The notes: generated from the letters alone by a model not told the origin. A DNA stretch of 64,000 nt from Candidatus Omnitrophota bacterium (GCA_029261065.1 JAJDCB010000013.1:9868-73867); one strand, 5' to 3'. Shown: positions 8,900 to 19,324, counted from the stretch's first letter. Made by a program: numbers and translations.

Positions 8900-10858
8900 T
8901 TAAAGCTTTGCCCCTTCCTCCTTAGCGGCAAAGAAAAAAGGGCCTACTAAATAGGCGGTATTATCCTTATTATCTGGCGTTATTCGAATTTCAACTTTAG
9001 CGGGAAATTCAAGATTTGTATTTTGTAAATTAATTTTAAATCGTTTATATGAAGGCCCATAACTTTGCTTGCCCTTTATCTCAACATCATTTATATGAAT
9101 AACAAAAGACGATCGTCCTTTCACGAAAAAAAGAATATTGTCGATATCATCATAGTTGACCGCGGCCTTCTTTATTAGAGGATTTTCTATCGTAGATTTA
9201 TCAGGAAGCAAATTCTGGAAATGATTTGGCGTTTTTATCTGTTCGATGTTAAAAAGATGCCCCGTATGCACATCTAAAAAAGTCTTAGCATTGGTCAATT
9301 CATAGTTCGATTCCAGTGCGTTTTTACTTTTTGTGTTTTGATAAGAGGTAATAATCCTCCCCTTTTCTATGGAAGGCAAAAACATCACGGGAACGACTCT
9401 TTCATAAAAAATATGGGGGTGAATAATTTGATACAAATTGTGCCTTCTCTCGGTTACCATGTTTGATTCACTTCCTGGATAAGATAAATAGATAGGCCAA
9501 AGACTTTTATCTGCTAAATATTTTTTAACTTCTTTTAAATTATTAACTAAATTTTGATTATCCTGACTCTCCCAATTATGAAAAGCCAACACAGGTTTCA
9601 AAGCTTGTTGCTGATGATATCCATTAGAGATATTTATCGCTGAAACCAAACACATCACAACAACAACATTCGTAAAACTTACAAAAACCCCTCTTAACAT
9701 TAATCCAAACAAAATAGCCCACAAAACAACATCACAATAAGTGTAATAATAATTAAAATAATAAAGGCTAGGAAACGTTGCATCCTCAGGCATAAAAAAA
9801 CTCTGCACCCCCCCATTATGCGGCAGAATAAACGTTTTTATCAGCATACTGAATATCAAAGCCCCCACCAATTTCCAATCAACACTCTTTAAGTGTTTGA
9901 CGATAAGAAAAATTAATAACAAACTAGAAATAAACGCGGCAAAGCCAAGAACATCCATCTGCCAATTGCCCATATTATTTCTTAAGAAATAAACAAAGAA
10001 CGAACGAAACACATCCCATAGCGTATGGGGATCAAGAACATATTTAAAAAGTTGCCCAAGATGGTCAAACTGAGCCCCCGTTTGGCCATGGGTGGCATAA
10101 ATATGATAACTTCGATAACTTAAGAAAACAGCACTCAAGAATCCAAACAAAACTGAAACCGAACCAATTAAAACCTTTCTATCACATAACGACTTCATAC
10201 CATCCCTTAAACTTAAGTAAACAAATGGAATAAAAACAAAAATAAAAGCAATTTCATCTGTTAGTAATGCCAGAAATAATGAAAAGAAAAAAAGAACAAC
10301 CTTAAACAATCTCCTTTGACCAAGAGGTCGTTGCCAGGCAGCAACAATGATCCAACTGATCAATATAAATGTCATGACAAGCAACTTGGCATTTCTAAAA
10401 GGAAATAAAAGTGTTGTTAAAGCGATGCCGGCATTTAATAACATGCCAGCACCAATAATCGCAACAATATACGATTTCGATAAATAATAAAGAAGCAACC
10501 CAACCAAAAACACATTTAACAGATGAATCCCAATTAACGTATAGTTTTTAAAAAAACCTATTTCAAAGATCTGCCAAAATTTAAATGACAACATCTCCAT
10601 ATAATAGGAAAACTGTCGTGTGCGATAAGTGCCATCAACATATCGACTGGTAAAGGGCTTTGTGATATCTTTACGCGTTATGCCTGTATGCAAGTGAAAA
10701 TCATCACGATCATCCATCGACCAGTAAATACGTTGATCGACAAGTTCGTTTTGAAGCCAATAAATGGGTTGTTGATTGACATAGAGAAAAAGCCCAAGAT
10801 GAGCCACAACAAACACGATTAAGGCAACTTTTATTTTAAGAGATAACGTCTCTATCAT
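8900..10858 (-). CDS. Large polytopic membrane protein with C-terminal extracytoplasmic domain (GT-C-like glycosyltransferase candidate)
   Basis: About 652 aa from ATG 10858 (track ORF begins with TTG at 10888); more than 10 predicted TM segments then a soluble domain; sits in a glycosyltransferase-rich locus. Confidence 0.45.
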   Translation of the reverse strand: MIETLSLKIKVALIVFVVAHLGLFLYVNQQPIYWLQNELVDQRIYWSMDDRDDFHLHTGITRKDITKPFTSRYVDGTYRTRQFSYYMEMLSFKFWQIFEIGFFKNYTLIGIHLLNVFLVGLLLYYLSKSYIVAIIGAGMLLNAGIALTTLLFPFRNAKLLVMTFILISWIIVAAWQRPLGQRRLFKVVLFFFSLFLALLTDEIAFIFVFIPFVYLSLRDGMKSLCDRKVLIGSVSVLFGFLSAVFLSYRSYHIYATHGQTGAQFDHLGQLFKYVLDPHTLWDVFRSFFVYFLRNNMGNWQMDVLGFAAFISSLLLIFLIVKHLKSVDWKLVGALIFSMLIKTFILPHNGGVQSFFMPEDATFPSLYYFNYYYTYCDVVLWAILFGLMLRGVFVSFTNVVVVMCLVSAINISNGYHQQQALKPVLAFHNWESQDNQNLVNNLKEVKKYLADKSLWPIYLSYPGSESNMVTERRHNLYQIIHPHIFYERVVPVMFLPSIEKGRIITSYQNTKSKNALESNYELTNAKTFLDVHTGHLFNIEQIKTPNHFQNLLPDKSTIENPLIKKAAVNYDDIDNILFFVKGRSSFVIHINDVEIKGKQSYGPSYKRFKINLQNTNLEFPAKVEIRITPDNKDNTAYLVGPFFFAAKEEGAKL

Positions 10859-10868
10859 AGTCTTTCCA

Positions 10869-12647
10869 TTAAGAACTAACTTGTTCAATTTGATTAATAT
10901 ATTTTTCTAACTTTTTAATACCTAATGATTTTGCTTTGATCGCATCATTTAAGGCTTTTTTAAAGGAACGAATTTTAAAATATAATAAGGATCGTTTAAG
11001 ATAAGCTTGAGCAAATCCAGGATTGTTTTGGATGCAAAAAGAAAAATCATTAATAGCATCATCCACCCTATTTAAGGCCGTATAGACTAAGGCTCTATTA
11101 AAATACGTCTCGTAAGCATTGGCGTCAATAGCAATGCTTTTCGAGTAATCTTTTAAACTCTCTTCGTAATTTTTCTGTTTATACAGTAGATACCCTCGAT
11201 TATTGTACGCTTTGCTGTATTGAGGATTTATGTAAATGACCGTCTTTAGATCTTGAATCGCTAGCGCGTCCTGATTACGCTTCATATAAAGAGAAGCGCG
11301 GTTATTAAAAGCTTCAAAAAATCTAGAATTTAAAAGCACCGCTTGATTAAAATCCCGTAAGGCATCTTCCAATCGATTCTCATCCATAAAATACAATCCA
11401 CGTCCGTTATGGGCCATCGCTGTAATCGCATCATTGTCTCGATGATGCTCAAGAATTCTCGCCCAAAAATGAGGACTATCTTTCCAAACAGCTGTTTGTT
11501 GAGAACTTGTACAACCTAAGATAAGAAAAACAAAAACCCCCATCCCTCCTACACATTTCCCTAAATACTTTCCATTATATCTAGCCCATTTCATTAAGCG
11601 CTCAAAACCAACGCCTAGCAATATGATAATACCTACGCTCGGTAAATACATAAATCGATCCGCGACAATAGTTAAGTCTTGGCCTTCATCAAATCGAAAT
11701 AAAAAGAAGGCTGATAAAAAGTAATAACCTACAGCAAACTTAAACAGTCTCAAACGAGGCAATGTAATGACACATAAAACTAAGACATGAAAAAGCAAAC
11801 AAGATGACAAGTAGGATGGGTGAAAAAAAGAGATCGGTTTTGGTAATGTGTATAAAGGCAATAAATTGTTCGGCCAGAAAAAAGATTTAATGTAAAAAGT
11901 TGCACTCCAAATCCATATCAAAATACCATGACCTACATCTTCTATGGGGTTACGCATATGCAATCTATAGGTCAACCAAGCCAGTGGCACAATGTATAAA
12001 AAAAACGGGATCTTATTTAATAAACTTATCTTTACATCTCTGTTATCCTTATACCAATCCATCAACAACAAAATCAAAGGTAAACTTAAGGCCATGGGCT
12101 TTGCCAACATACTTAAACAACCAAAACCTAACGCCCAAAAATACCCCGTCTTCTCTCCCTTAATCAAAAACTGTCCATACTGATACAACGCCAGAAGATA
12201 AAACAAACTATACAGCACATCTTTACGCTCTGTAATCCACGCTACAGATTCGACATGTATGGGATGAATTCCAAATAGAAGGCTTGCAAAAAAACCAACC
12301 CCTAATGAACCTCCCCACTGACGAACAAGCAAAAAAATTAAAACGACACACGCAATATGAAGAAGAAGATTATTAAGATGATAGATAAATGGATCGAGCT
12401 TAAAAAAATGATATTCGATGGCAAATGACAATATGGTCAAAGGCACATAAGTATCACTTATGGTTTTCGAAAATATTTCCTTTATCCCTACTGGATTTAA
12501 ATGACGGACAGAAACATTCTCCGATAGATGCCTACGATCATCCCAAGTCACAAAATCATACTGCAATACGGGACGAAAAACAAAAAAAGTTATCCCGGCG
12601 GACAACAATATTAAAAATAAAGGTAATGAAAATAACTTTCTAATCAT
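10869..12647 (-). CDS. TMTC-like protein: N-terminal GT-C/PMT-like (DUF1736-type) membrane domain plus C-terminal TPR repeats
   Basis: VTWDDRRHL and VTERKDVLYSLFYLLAL motifs shared with its paralog; C-terminal TPR repeats (AYNNRG...YEES...); architecture as in eukaryotic TMTC O-mannosyltransferases. Confidence 0.65.
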   Translation of the reverse strand: MIRKLFSLPLFLILLSAGITFFVFRPVLQYDFVTWDDRRHLSENVSVRHLNPVGIKEIFSKTISDTYVPLTILSFAIEYHFFKLDPFIYHLNNLLLHIACVVLIFLLVRQWGGSLGVGFFASLLFGIHPIHVESVAWITERKDVLYSLFYLLALYQYGQFLIKGEKTGYFWALGFGCLSMLAKPMALSLPLILLLMDWYKDNRDVKISLLNKIPFFLYIVPLAWLTYRLHMRNPIEDVGHGILIWIWSATFYIKSFFWPNNLLPLYTLPKPISFFHPSYLSSCLLFHVLVLCVITLPRLRLFKFAVGYYFLSAFFLFRFDEGQDLTIVADRFMYLPSVGIIILLGVGFERLMKWARYNGKYLGKCVGGMGVFVFLILGCTSSQQTAVWKDSPHFWARILEHHRDNDAITAMAHNGRGLYFMDENRLEDALRDFNQAVLLNSRFFEAFNNRASLYMKRNQDALAIQDLKTVIYINPQYSKAYNNRGYLLYKQKNYEESLKDYSKSIAIDANAYETYFNRALVYTALNRVDDAINDFSFCIQNNPGFAQAYLKRSLLYFKIRSFKKALNDAIKAKSLGIKKLEKYINQIEQVSS

Positions 12648-12648
12648 A

Positions 12649-14589
12649 TTATTTCTGTTTTGATTTTTTCAAAAGAGACTCGACCTTAAGCGTATCAATA
12701 TGTGATTTTTTTAAATCTCCTAATTGCTGAAACACCAAAGCTCTATTTTGATAAGCCAAGATATAGTCTGGTTTTAGGTCAATCACATTATTATAATCAT
12801 CAAGTGCGCGTTGATATTTCTTCTGCCCATAATAAATACCAGCCCTATTAAAATAGGCGTCTGGATAATTTGGTTTAAGCTCAAGGGCTTTATTGATGTC
12901 CGCTAACGCCTTATCCCACTCATTCATAAGTCGATAAACGACCCCACGATTATGATAACCTTGAGCAAAAGAAGGATAAATAAGGACGGATTGTGTAAAA
13001 CTTTTAAGAGCTAAAGGATACTTTTGTAATTTTTTATAAATATTGCCCCTATTATTGTAAGCTTTAAAATATGCAGGTTGCAATTCAATCGCCTTTGCAT
13101 AATCATTGAGGGCTTTTTGATCATCACCCAATGCAGCCCAACAAATGGCGCGATTATAATAACTTCTTGAAAACTGATTTTCGATTGTAATAGCCTGCGA
13201 TAAATCCTTAATTGCCAAATCATATTTTCTCAACACAATATAGAGAAAACCCCTATTATTATACGCACGATAATGATTACTTTTAAGAGCAATCGCATGA
13301 GTAAAGTCATCTAAAGCCAATGAGACCTGCCCTTGGGATTGATAACTTACTCCACGATTATTTAAGGCAATAACCTGATCAGAATCATATTTTAAAAGAT
13401 GCGTCCACAAACTCACATTGTCTTTCCAAAGTAAAGATTGCATTCGTGTTTTCATCCCCATTGTAAAAATCAATACGATGATGGCACATACTATAAATCC
13501 TTTTAAATTTCTTATATTTAAACCCCACTCACACATTATCCCCAACAACAGACAAAACCCTAAACTCGGTAAATACATAAATCGATCCGCAACGATATTG
13601 ACATCCACCGTATTATCAAAACGCAAAAGAAAGAAAATAGAAAGAAAGTAATACAATAACGCAAAGATCACCCATTTTTTTTGACGAAAAATATAAAAAG
13701 ACATCAAAACACCACAAAAAATTATTACAGCCCAAAAATAGGACAAATTTAAAAAATGAACTGGCGTGGGAAGTTGATAAATAGGCAATAAAACAAAAGG
13801 TGCGGCAAACTTCTGAATATAAAAAGAAAAAGACCATATCCAGATAAGTAGGGCATCTTGAGCATTCTCTCCTGGTACTCTGGCATTTAGAAAATATGTG
13901 ATTAATACAATAGGGATAATATAGGCAAGGTAAGAAAGTTTTTCAAAAAACAACGCTTTATCAAATTTCCTTTTATAAAACCAATCAAAAAGCAGCAACA
14001 CCAGAGGTAAACTTAGAGCCATAGCTTTTGATAAGATACTTAATAAACCAAATAACAATGACAAACGAAACATTTTATGATGCCCGAATCGGGCATAAGA
14101 TCCATAAGAGAGCAATGCAAGCAAATAAAACAAAGAATATAAGACATCCTTCCTCTCTGTCACCCAAACAACACTCTCTACATGCATCGGATGAATGCCA
14201 AATACAAGAGCAGCCAAACTCGCCCCGCGCACACCCACCCCCATTTGTTGGGCTAAAAAAAACACCAATGCCACGTTAAACAAATGAAGCAATAAGTTTG
14301 TAAAATGATAAACAAAGGGATTAAATTTAAAAAAATGATATTCAATGGCAAAAGAAAGAGTTGTTAAAGGAACATATGTTTGAAATACAGTTGAAGAAAA
14401 AATTTTTAAAATATTTTGGGGAGCTAAAGATCGTACTTCAATATTATTGAGCAAATGGCCATCATTATCCCAATTGGAAAACTCATTGTTTAATGCAGAG
14501 GAAAATGTCAAGGCCACGACACTTAAAATAACGACCAAATAAATCGGCCAACGCGCTTGTTGTGAGAGATTGTTAGGAGATGTTATCAT
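12649..14589 (-). CDS. TMTC-like GT-C plus TPR membrane protein (tandem paralog of 10869..12647)
   Basis: Same motif set (SNWDNDGHL, VTERKDVLYSLFYLLAL) and at least six C-terminal TPRs; track ORF starts TTG 14595, in-frame ATG at 14589. Confidence 0.65.
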   Translation of the reverse strand: MITSPNNLSQQARWPIYLVVILSVVALTFSSALNNEFSNWDNDGHLLNNIEVRSLAPQNILKIFSSTVFQTYVPLTTLSFAIEYHFFKFNPFVYHFTNLLLHLFNVALVFFLAQQMGVGVRGASLAALVFGIHPMHVESVVWVTERKDVLYSLFYLLALLSYGSYARFGHHKMFRLSLLFGLLSILSKAMALSLPLVLLLFDWFYKRKFDKALFFEKLSYLAYIIPIVLITYFLNARVPGENAQDALLIWIWSFSFYIQKFAAPFVLLPIYQLPTPVHFLNLSYFWAVIIFCGVLMSFYIFRQKKWVIFALLYYFLSIFFLLRFDNTVDVNIVADRFMYLPSLGFCLLLGIMCEWGLNIRNLKGFIVCAIIVLIFTMGMKTRMQSLLWKDNVSLWTHLLKYDSDQVIALNNRGVSYQSQGQVSLALDDFTHAIALKSNHYRAYNNRGFLYIVLRKYDLAIKDLSQAITIENQFSRSYYNRAICWAALGDDQKALNDYAKAIELQPAYFKAYNNRGNIYKKLQKYPLALKSFTQSVLIYPSFAQGYHNRGVVYRLMNEWDKALADINKALELKPNYPDAYFNRAGIYYGQKKYQRALDDYNNVIDLKPDYILAYQNRALVFQQLGDLKKSHIDTLKVESLLKKSKQK

Positions 14590-14609
14590 GAGCAACTATT
14601 TAAAGTCAG

Positions 14610-16016
14610 TTATTCTGCGGTTCTGCTAATAAAAAATTTTGTTTCACCTGCCTGCAATGATAGGTTCGCAAGAATCTTTTTATCATGATAAATTTTATAC
14701 TGTCCCGGTTCTAGGATGAGACGAGAAATTCGAATCTCAGAAGGTAGAGTTTGCCAAGAACGCACATCTGCTTGTTCACTGGAGAGATTAAATAATGTGC
14801 TTAAAAAATTAAAGCCTTCGGAAGCACCCTCTCCATATTTCTTTTCAATAACATCGCTTTGTTGACTCTCAAGCAGATATTTTCCAGCAGAACGAACGGT
14901 AGCTTTTGAAATAATTCTTGTCTGACGACTCTTTAGATTGGCTACAGCAATTTGCGATATGTTTTCCACTTGAATAAGCCCCTCAATAAATACTTTTTTA
15001 TCATCACCAACAGCCTTCAAATAACTATCCACGGTTGAATATGATCTTTCATCATATTTAGGAAAAGCTAACTTGGCTAATATACCATTGGGTAGTGGTA
15101 TTGGAAGATGCGACTCATATTTAATGGGTGAATATCCTTGATACTCAATCAAATAAACCTGTGATTTTTTGGATTTCTCCTCATAAGAGATGAAGCGCAC
15201 ATCTTTAAATTTCTTTTTCATCTTTGATAACTTGTCTTTATCAAAAACAGAGGCCAACGTCAGAATATTTTCCTTAAGAATCCTTGGTGTTTTCGTATTA
15301 TAATTTGGCCGATAACTTTTCTCATATACGTTTAAGGCTTGTTTATACGAAATATAGGCATCATTAAGATTATCCAAACCCGCTTGAGCTTCATAAAGCG
15401 CTCCCATCAAAAGTCTGGCAAAAGCATCTTCTTTATATACATTCAATCTATCTTTTTTGTATTGGCCATTAATCAATTTTAACATACGATCCACATCACG
15501 CGCCTCCACTAGAGCTTCTTCAAATTGACCACCTTGAGCAAAATTAAGAGACTGAAAAATATTGAGCAAAACACGCTCAAAATCCTCTCCCCTATAATTG
15601 TCTGTATTATCATTAATAAGCCATGTGCTGGCTTTCTGTGTGAGAGAACGTGTATAGAGCTGATCATATAAATCCTTAGCCTGCTCAAAGACTTGAATGC
15701 TTTGCTCATACTTACCAGCTAACTGTAAAACCATACCATAATCAAACAAATACAACAGTTGATTATTTTTACCATAATGCTCTTCGTTTTCTTCTAGGAT
15801 TTTTAAGGCGTGCTGATGCTTATTGGCAATAACAAGAGCATTAATTTGCGGTTGAATAAGGGTGCTCTTCGATGAGCACCCTGAAAGGAATAAAACACAT
15901 AGACAAAAAAACCCACATCTTTTGATGCAAATTTTCTTAAATACTCGATCCCAAATTCTTAAATGGAAAATCTTGATTTTTTGACAACCTTCTTGATTTG
16001 CTTCTGACCAATCCAT
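14610..16016 (-). CDS. Lipoprotein with TPR-like helical repeats, hypothetical
   Basis: Lipobox LFLSGCSS; helical repeat-like segments; 58-nt overlap with the upstream LpoB-like gene suggests the true start is downstream or uses a non-ATG codon. Confidence 0.45.
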   Translation of the reverse strand: MDWSEANQEGCQKIKIFHLRIWDRVFKKICIKRCGFFCLCVLFLSGCSSKSTLIQPQINALVIANKHQHALKILEENEEHYGKNNQLLYLFDYGMVLQLAGKYEQSIQVFEQAKDLYDQLYTRSLTQKASTWLINDNTDNYRGEDFERVLLNIFQSLNFAQGGQFEEALVEARDVDRMLKLINGQYKKDRLNVYKEDAFARLLMGALYEAQAGLDNLNDAYISYKQALNVYEKSYRPNYNTKTPRILKENILTLASVFDKDKLSKMKKKFKDVRFISYEEKSKKSQVYLIEYQGYSPIKYESHLPIPLPNGILAKLAFPKYDERSYSTVDSYLKAVGDDKKVFIEGLIQVENISQIAVANLKSRQTRIISKATVRSAGKYLLESQQSDVIEKKYGEGASEGFNFLSTLFNLSSEQADVRSWQTLPSEIRISRLILEPGQYKIYHDKKILANLSLQAGETKFFISRTAE

Positions 16017-16570
16017 ACTTTTTCATTGGACTCTAAGTTCACTAACTCTAAATTCACTTGATAAAATACAACCGACTTCCCCTTAACCTCATCAATCACA
16101 GAATCAATACTCCCCATCATCAAAAAATCAGCCCCTTTTTCTCTTCCGTGTTTTTTTATCGTTTCCTCAAGCGTGTAGCCATCTTGTTGATCAGCTCGCT
16201 CAGCTCGCAACTGCTCTCTTTCTAAAGATGATGCAACGAAGATTACTTTTCCTGAATTAAGCAACTCACGCTCCAAATACTTTACAAAAACACTCGAATT
16301 TACATGCTCATGCGTACGATTATGCACGTGACCAACAATAACAATAGGGTTTTTTCCATTTTCTTTTATATAGTTTATTAACCATGGACGATCTAAAGAA
16401 TCTCCCACCATCTCCTTTGAAACCTCCATCGCATCATAATCATTCCAGTCACCACTCAAATCTATCATTTCATCAATATCAACACGTGTCACCTTCGTTC
16501 GCGCACATCCAACCCCAACAGTGCAAAGTAAAACAAGAATCGAAAACAATTTCATATTTTTTGATAACAT
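15959..16570 (-). CDS. LpoB-like outer-membrane lipoprotein (COG3417-like; penicillin-binding-protein activator family)
   Basis: Lipobox LCTVGVGC; DWN motif and colinear similarity to E. coli LpoB core (VDSVNNRT.. vs VGHVHNRT.., ...IIWSG vs ...KVWIG); GGAGG Shine-Dalgarno 8 nt upstream. Confidence 0.5.
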   Translation of the reverse strand: MLSKNMKLFSILVLLCTVGVGCARTKVTRVDIDEMIDLSGDWNDYDAMEVSKEMVGDSLDRPWLINYIKENGKNPIVIVGHVHNRTHEHVNSSVFVKYLERELLNSGKVIFVASSLEREQLRAERADQQDGYTLEETIKKHGREKGADFLMMGSIDSVIDEVKGKSVVFYQVNLELVNLESNEKVWIGQKQIKKVVKKSRFSI

Positions 16571-16591
16571 ATTAAACCTCCTTTAAAATTA

Positions 16592-16882
16592 TTAAGAAGT
16601 CGTTTCTAAAAAATTTCGTTTTTTATAAATAAGCCTTAAATTACGTAGATAAACAACGATTCCCATTGACTGACCAAGAATAAATACAGGATCTTGTCGA
16701 AATATCGCATACGTTAATAAAAGAAGGCCCCCACCTAAACTAAAATACCAAAAGGCAATGGGGATATGACTTTCTTTTTTTATCTCAGAACAAATCCACT
16801 GAATCAGAAATCGCATACTAAACATTAACTGTCCGCCAAATCCTAATATTAGCAACCAATGCGAAATAAAAAAATCTTTCAT
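16592..16882 (-). CDS. Small membrane protein with lipid-A-biosynthesis N-terminal (LAB_N) domain
   Basis: 96 aa, three TM helices, resembles the LAB_N domain commonly encoded beside ArnC/ArnT-like genes; ATGA overlap with the upstream GT2 gene. Confidence 0.5.
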   Translation of the reverse strand: MKDFFISHWLLILGFGGQLMFSMRFLIQWICSEIKKESHIPIAFWYFSLGGGLLLLTYAIFRQDPVFILGQSMGIVVYLRNLRLIYKKRNFLETTS

Positions 16883-17595
16883 GCTTTTCCTCTTGATTTT
16901 AATATCTTAAAAAAATCGCGAACGACACGAAAAATTCTTTTATGGCTGTACTTCGTTACTCCATACTGCCTATTACGATGATGGGAAACAATTTCCCCTA
17001 TTCTATAACCTTGTAATGACAAACACAACGGAATAAATCGATGCTGCCCCTCCCAATTCAAAGGAATATTTTTAGCACACTCATGTGTATAAATACGTAA
17101 TGTGCATGACACATCATGGATCTTAAGACCAGTAAATAACCTTTGTAAAACATTCCCCCCCTTTGACAATCTAGCCTTTACAAAGGTATCTTGACGGGCC
17201 TTACGCCATCCACACACACAATCAAAGCCTTCTTTCATTTTTTCCAATAATTTAGGGATATCTGCTGGATCATTTTGTAAATCAGAATCAAGAGTGGCGA
17301 CAATCTTACCACGAACAGCTGCAATGCCTTTTGACATAGCATGTGTTTGCCCTCCCCTTTCTTTTAAATCAACGAATTGAACAATTTCCGGAATTTCTTT
17401 TTGAAAGGTTTCAACTATTTCTTTAGACTGATCCGTTGATCCATCGTTAACAAAAACAATTTCATAACGTTGGCCTAAAGGTGTCATGGCATTCAATATT
17501 TCTGCAAACAAAGGTTTCAGGGATCCCTCTTCATTATAAAGTGGAATAACGATGGAATATTCAATCGGTTTTTTTGTAATTAAATCTTCAGACAA
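16879..17595 (-). CDS. GT2-family polyprenyl-phosphate glycosyltransferase (ArnC/DPM1-like)
   Basis: YSIVIPLYNEE N-terminus, DGSTD, DSDLQND (DxD) motifs. Confidence 0.8.
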   Translation of the reverse strand: MSEDLITKKPIEYSIVIPLYNEEGSLKPLFAEILNAMTPLGQRYEIVFVNDGSTDQSKEIVETFQKEIPEIVQFVDLKERGGQTHAMSKGIAAVRGKIVATLDSDLQNDPADIPKLLEKMKEGFDCVCGWRKARQDTFVKARLSKGGNVLQRLFTGLKIHDVSCTLRIYTHECAKNIPLNWEGQHRFIPLCLSLQGYRIGEIVSHHRNRQYGVTKYSHKRIFRVVRDFFKILKSRGKA

Positions 17596-19324
17596 GGGAG
17601 TCCTTTTTTAATAATATTATTTTTTCCATAAAGTAATCATACACAGTTTCTTGGTCTAATGTTACTAGAGCCTTAAAAAAACCTTTGTCTATATTTAATC
17701 TCTTCCGAAAGATGTAATCTTCATAAAAAATGTCATGTTCGTATTTATCTAGAACTTCCCTCTTATAAGCTAGATAATCCTCTTCAATCATCAAACAATA
17801 AACACCCTCTGATGAAGACATCAATTGATTCAGCTTACCCTTTGTTTCTTCAACACTACTGGCTGCTGATTTGATAACTTGTTGATCAAAAAATACTTGC
17901 AGCTTTTTTTCATGGATGTCATGACTTCCCACCCCAACCAGGTAAGAATCCTGATTCTGCTCAATTATCTGAGCGATCCGTTGCAATGGAGCTTGTTCCG
18001 TAACACCCGCCTGATTTAGTATCGCAGACTGAGAGTACACGCCCAGCAACAAAACCCCTAAACATGCCGGAGCAATAAAAGGTTTTCTCAACCTTAACAT
18101 ACTCAGAATTCCTGCAACGAATATGGCCCCAATAAGCAACAACCACATTCTGTTTGCCCCCACCAAAAAAATTATTAAGAAACTATAAGCAACGACACCT
18201 ACTGTAAAAGTAAAAATAAGCATATATTTTCTAAAACCAGTAAGTATCTGTAATAGAACATGTTGACCTTCTAATGGGTCTAGCAAAAAATAGGACACTA
18301 ATATCGCAAATGGCGTTGTTAACACCAGCATATAATGATTAATTCTCACATGAAGCAATGAAAAGAACAAAAACACAGAAAAAAACCAAATTAAAACAAA
18401 CTGAAAAGACCTTTGCTCATTAGTCCTTTTTTTATAAACGGATAAAGTATACGGAATCGCAACAAATATAAAAATAGACCATGGGGCAAAATATGAAAAA
18501 ATAACATTACTATAATACAATATTTTATTAAAAAAATCTCGAATTCTAAAGAAAATATCAAACCCATGATCCTGATGAGAAAGCCTGTTTTGAGTTTCCT
18601 CTATAAGCATATAATCAAGATACTGTTGGCCATGAGTATAAATCATATATAAAAACCAAGGTGCAATTATCAATAACATTAACATCATACCTTGGCCAAA
18701 TTTCCACTCCTTAAGACTTCCCTTTTGCTTGAGTCCTAATGTAAAAACCAATGCACAGACTATAGGAATGAAGGCCGCAAATCCTTTAATTAAAAAACCT
18801 AAAGCGCAGGATACAAAAAATAGAATTCTAAACTTTAGGTCACTGGATTTATTTAAAAATGTCCAAACGCAGTACATGCTTAAAACAATAAAAAAGTTCA
18901 TCGGCATATCAGGAACAACTTCTTTAGCATGACGAAAAAATAACGGCGTAGTCATCAAAATAACAACAGACAAATGAGCAATACGTTTATTAAATAATTC
19001 TTTAGCTAAGAGCCATGACAAAATGAGGCTGAAGGCACCAAAAACGGAAGCAACAAAACGCGCTGAAAACCAATTAACGCCCATTAATTTATATGAGAAG
19101 AGAATGAACCAATAATATAGAATAGGTTTTTGAAAACGGTCTTCACCGAAATAGGTAGGAGATAGATAATTTTTTGTTTCAACCATTTCCTGAGTACTCT
19201 GATAATAAAATATCTCATCATCCCTGTACTCAAGACCATGTATGGCAAGCCCACGTGTAAAAATGAAAAGGCTAACGATTAATATGATCACAGGCCCAAA
19301 AAACCTGTTCTTAATAATTGTCAT
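17588..19324 (-). CDS. GT-C family membrane glycosyltransferase (ArnT/PMT-like, GT83/GT39)
   Basis: 578 aa polytopic protein with first-loop YRDDEIFYY (DE motif of PMT/ArnT family); overlaps the GT2 gene by 8 nt. Confidence 0.7.
   Translation of the reverse strand: MTIIKNRFFGPVIILIVSLFIFTRGLAIHGLEYRDDEIFYYQSTQEMVETKNYLSPTYFGEDRFQKPILYYWFILFSYKLMGVNWFSARFVASVFGAFSLILSWLLAKELFNKRIAHLSVVILMTTPLFFRHAKEVVPDMPMNFFIVLSMYCVWTFLNKSSDLKFRILFFVSCALGFLIKGFAAFIPIVCALVFTLGLKQKGSLKEWKFGQGMMLMLLIIAPWFLYMIYTHGQQYLDYMLIEETQNRLSHQDHGFDIFFRIRDFFNKILYYSNVIFSYFAPWSIFIFVAIPYTLSVYKKRTNEQRSFQFVLIWFFSVFLFFSLLHVRINHYMLVLTTPFAILVSYFLLDPLEGQHVLLQILTGFRKYMLIFTFTVGVVAYSFLIIFLVGANRMWLLLIGAIFVAGILSMLRLRKPFIAPACLGVLLLGVYSQSAILNQAGVTEQAPLQRIAQIIEQNQDSYLVGVGSHDIHEKKLQVFFDQQVIKSAASSVEETKGKLNQLMSSSEGVYCLMIEEDYLAYKREVLDKYEHDIFYEDYIFRKRLNIDKGFFKALVTLDQETVYDYFMEKIILLKKDSLV

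Noticed and set aside
8905-8945. Hairpin CTTTGCC...GGCAAAG resembling a terminator
   Set aside because: Lies inside the 3' end of the 8900..10858 coding sequence and lacks a downstream T-tract on the coding strand.
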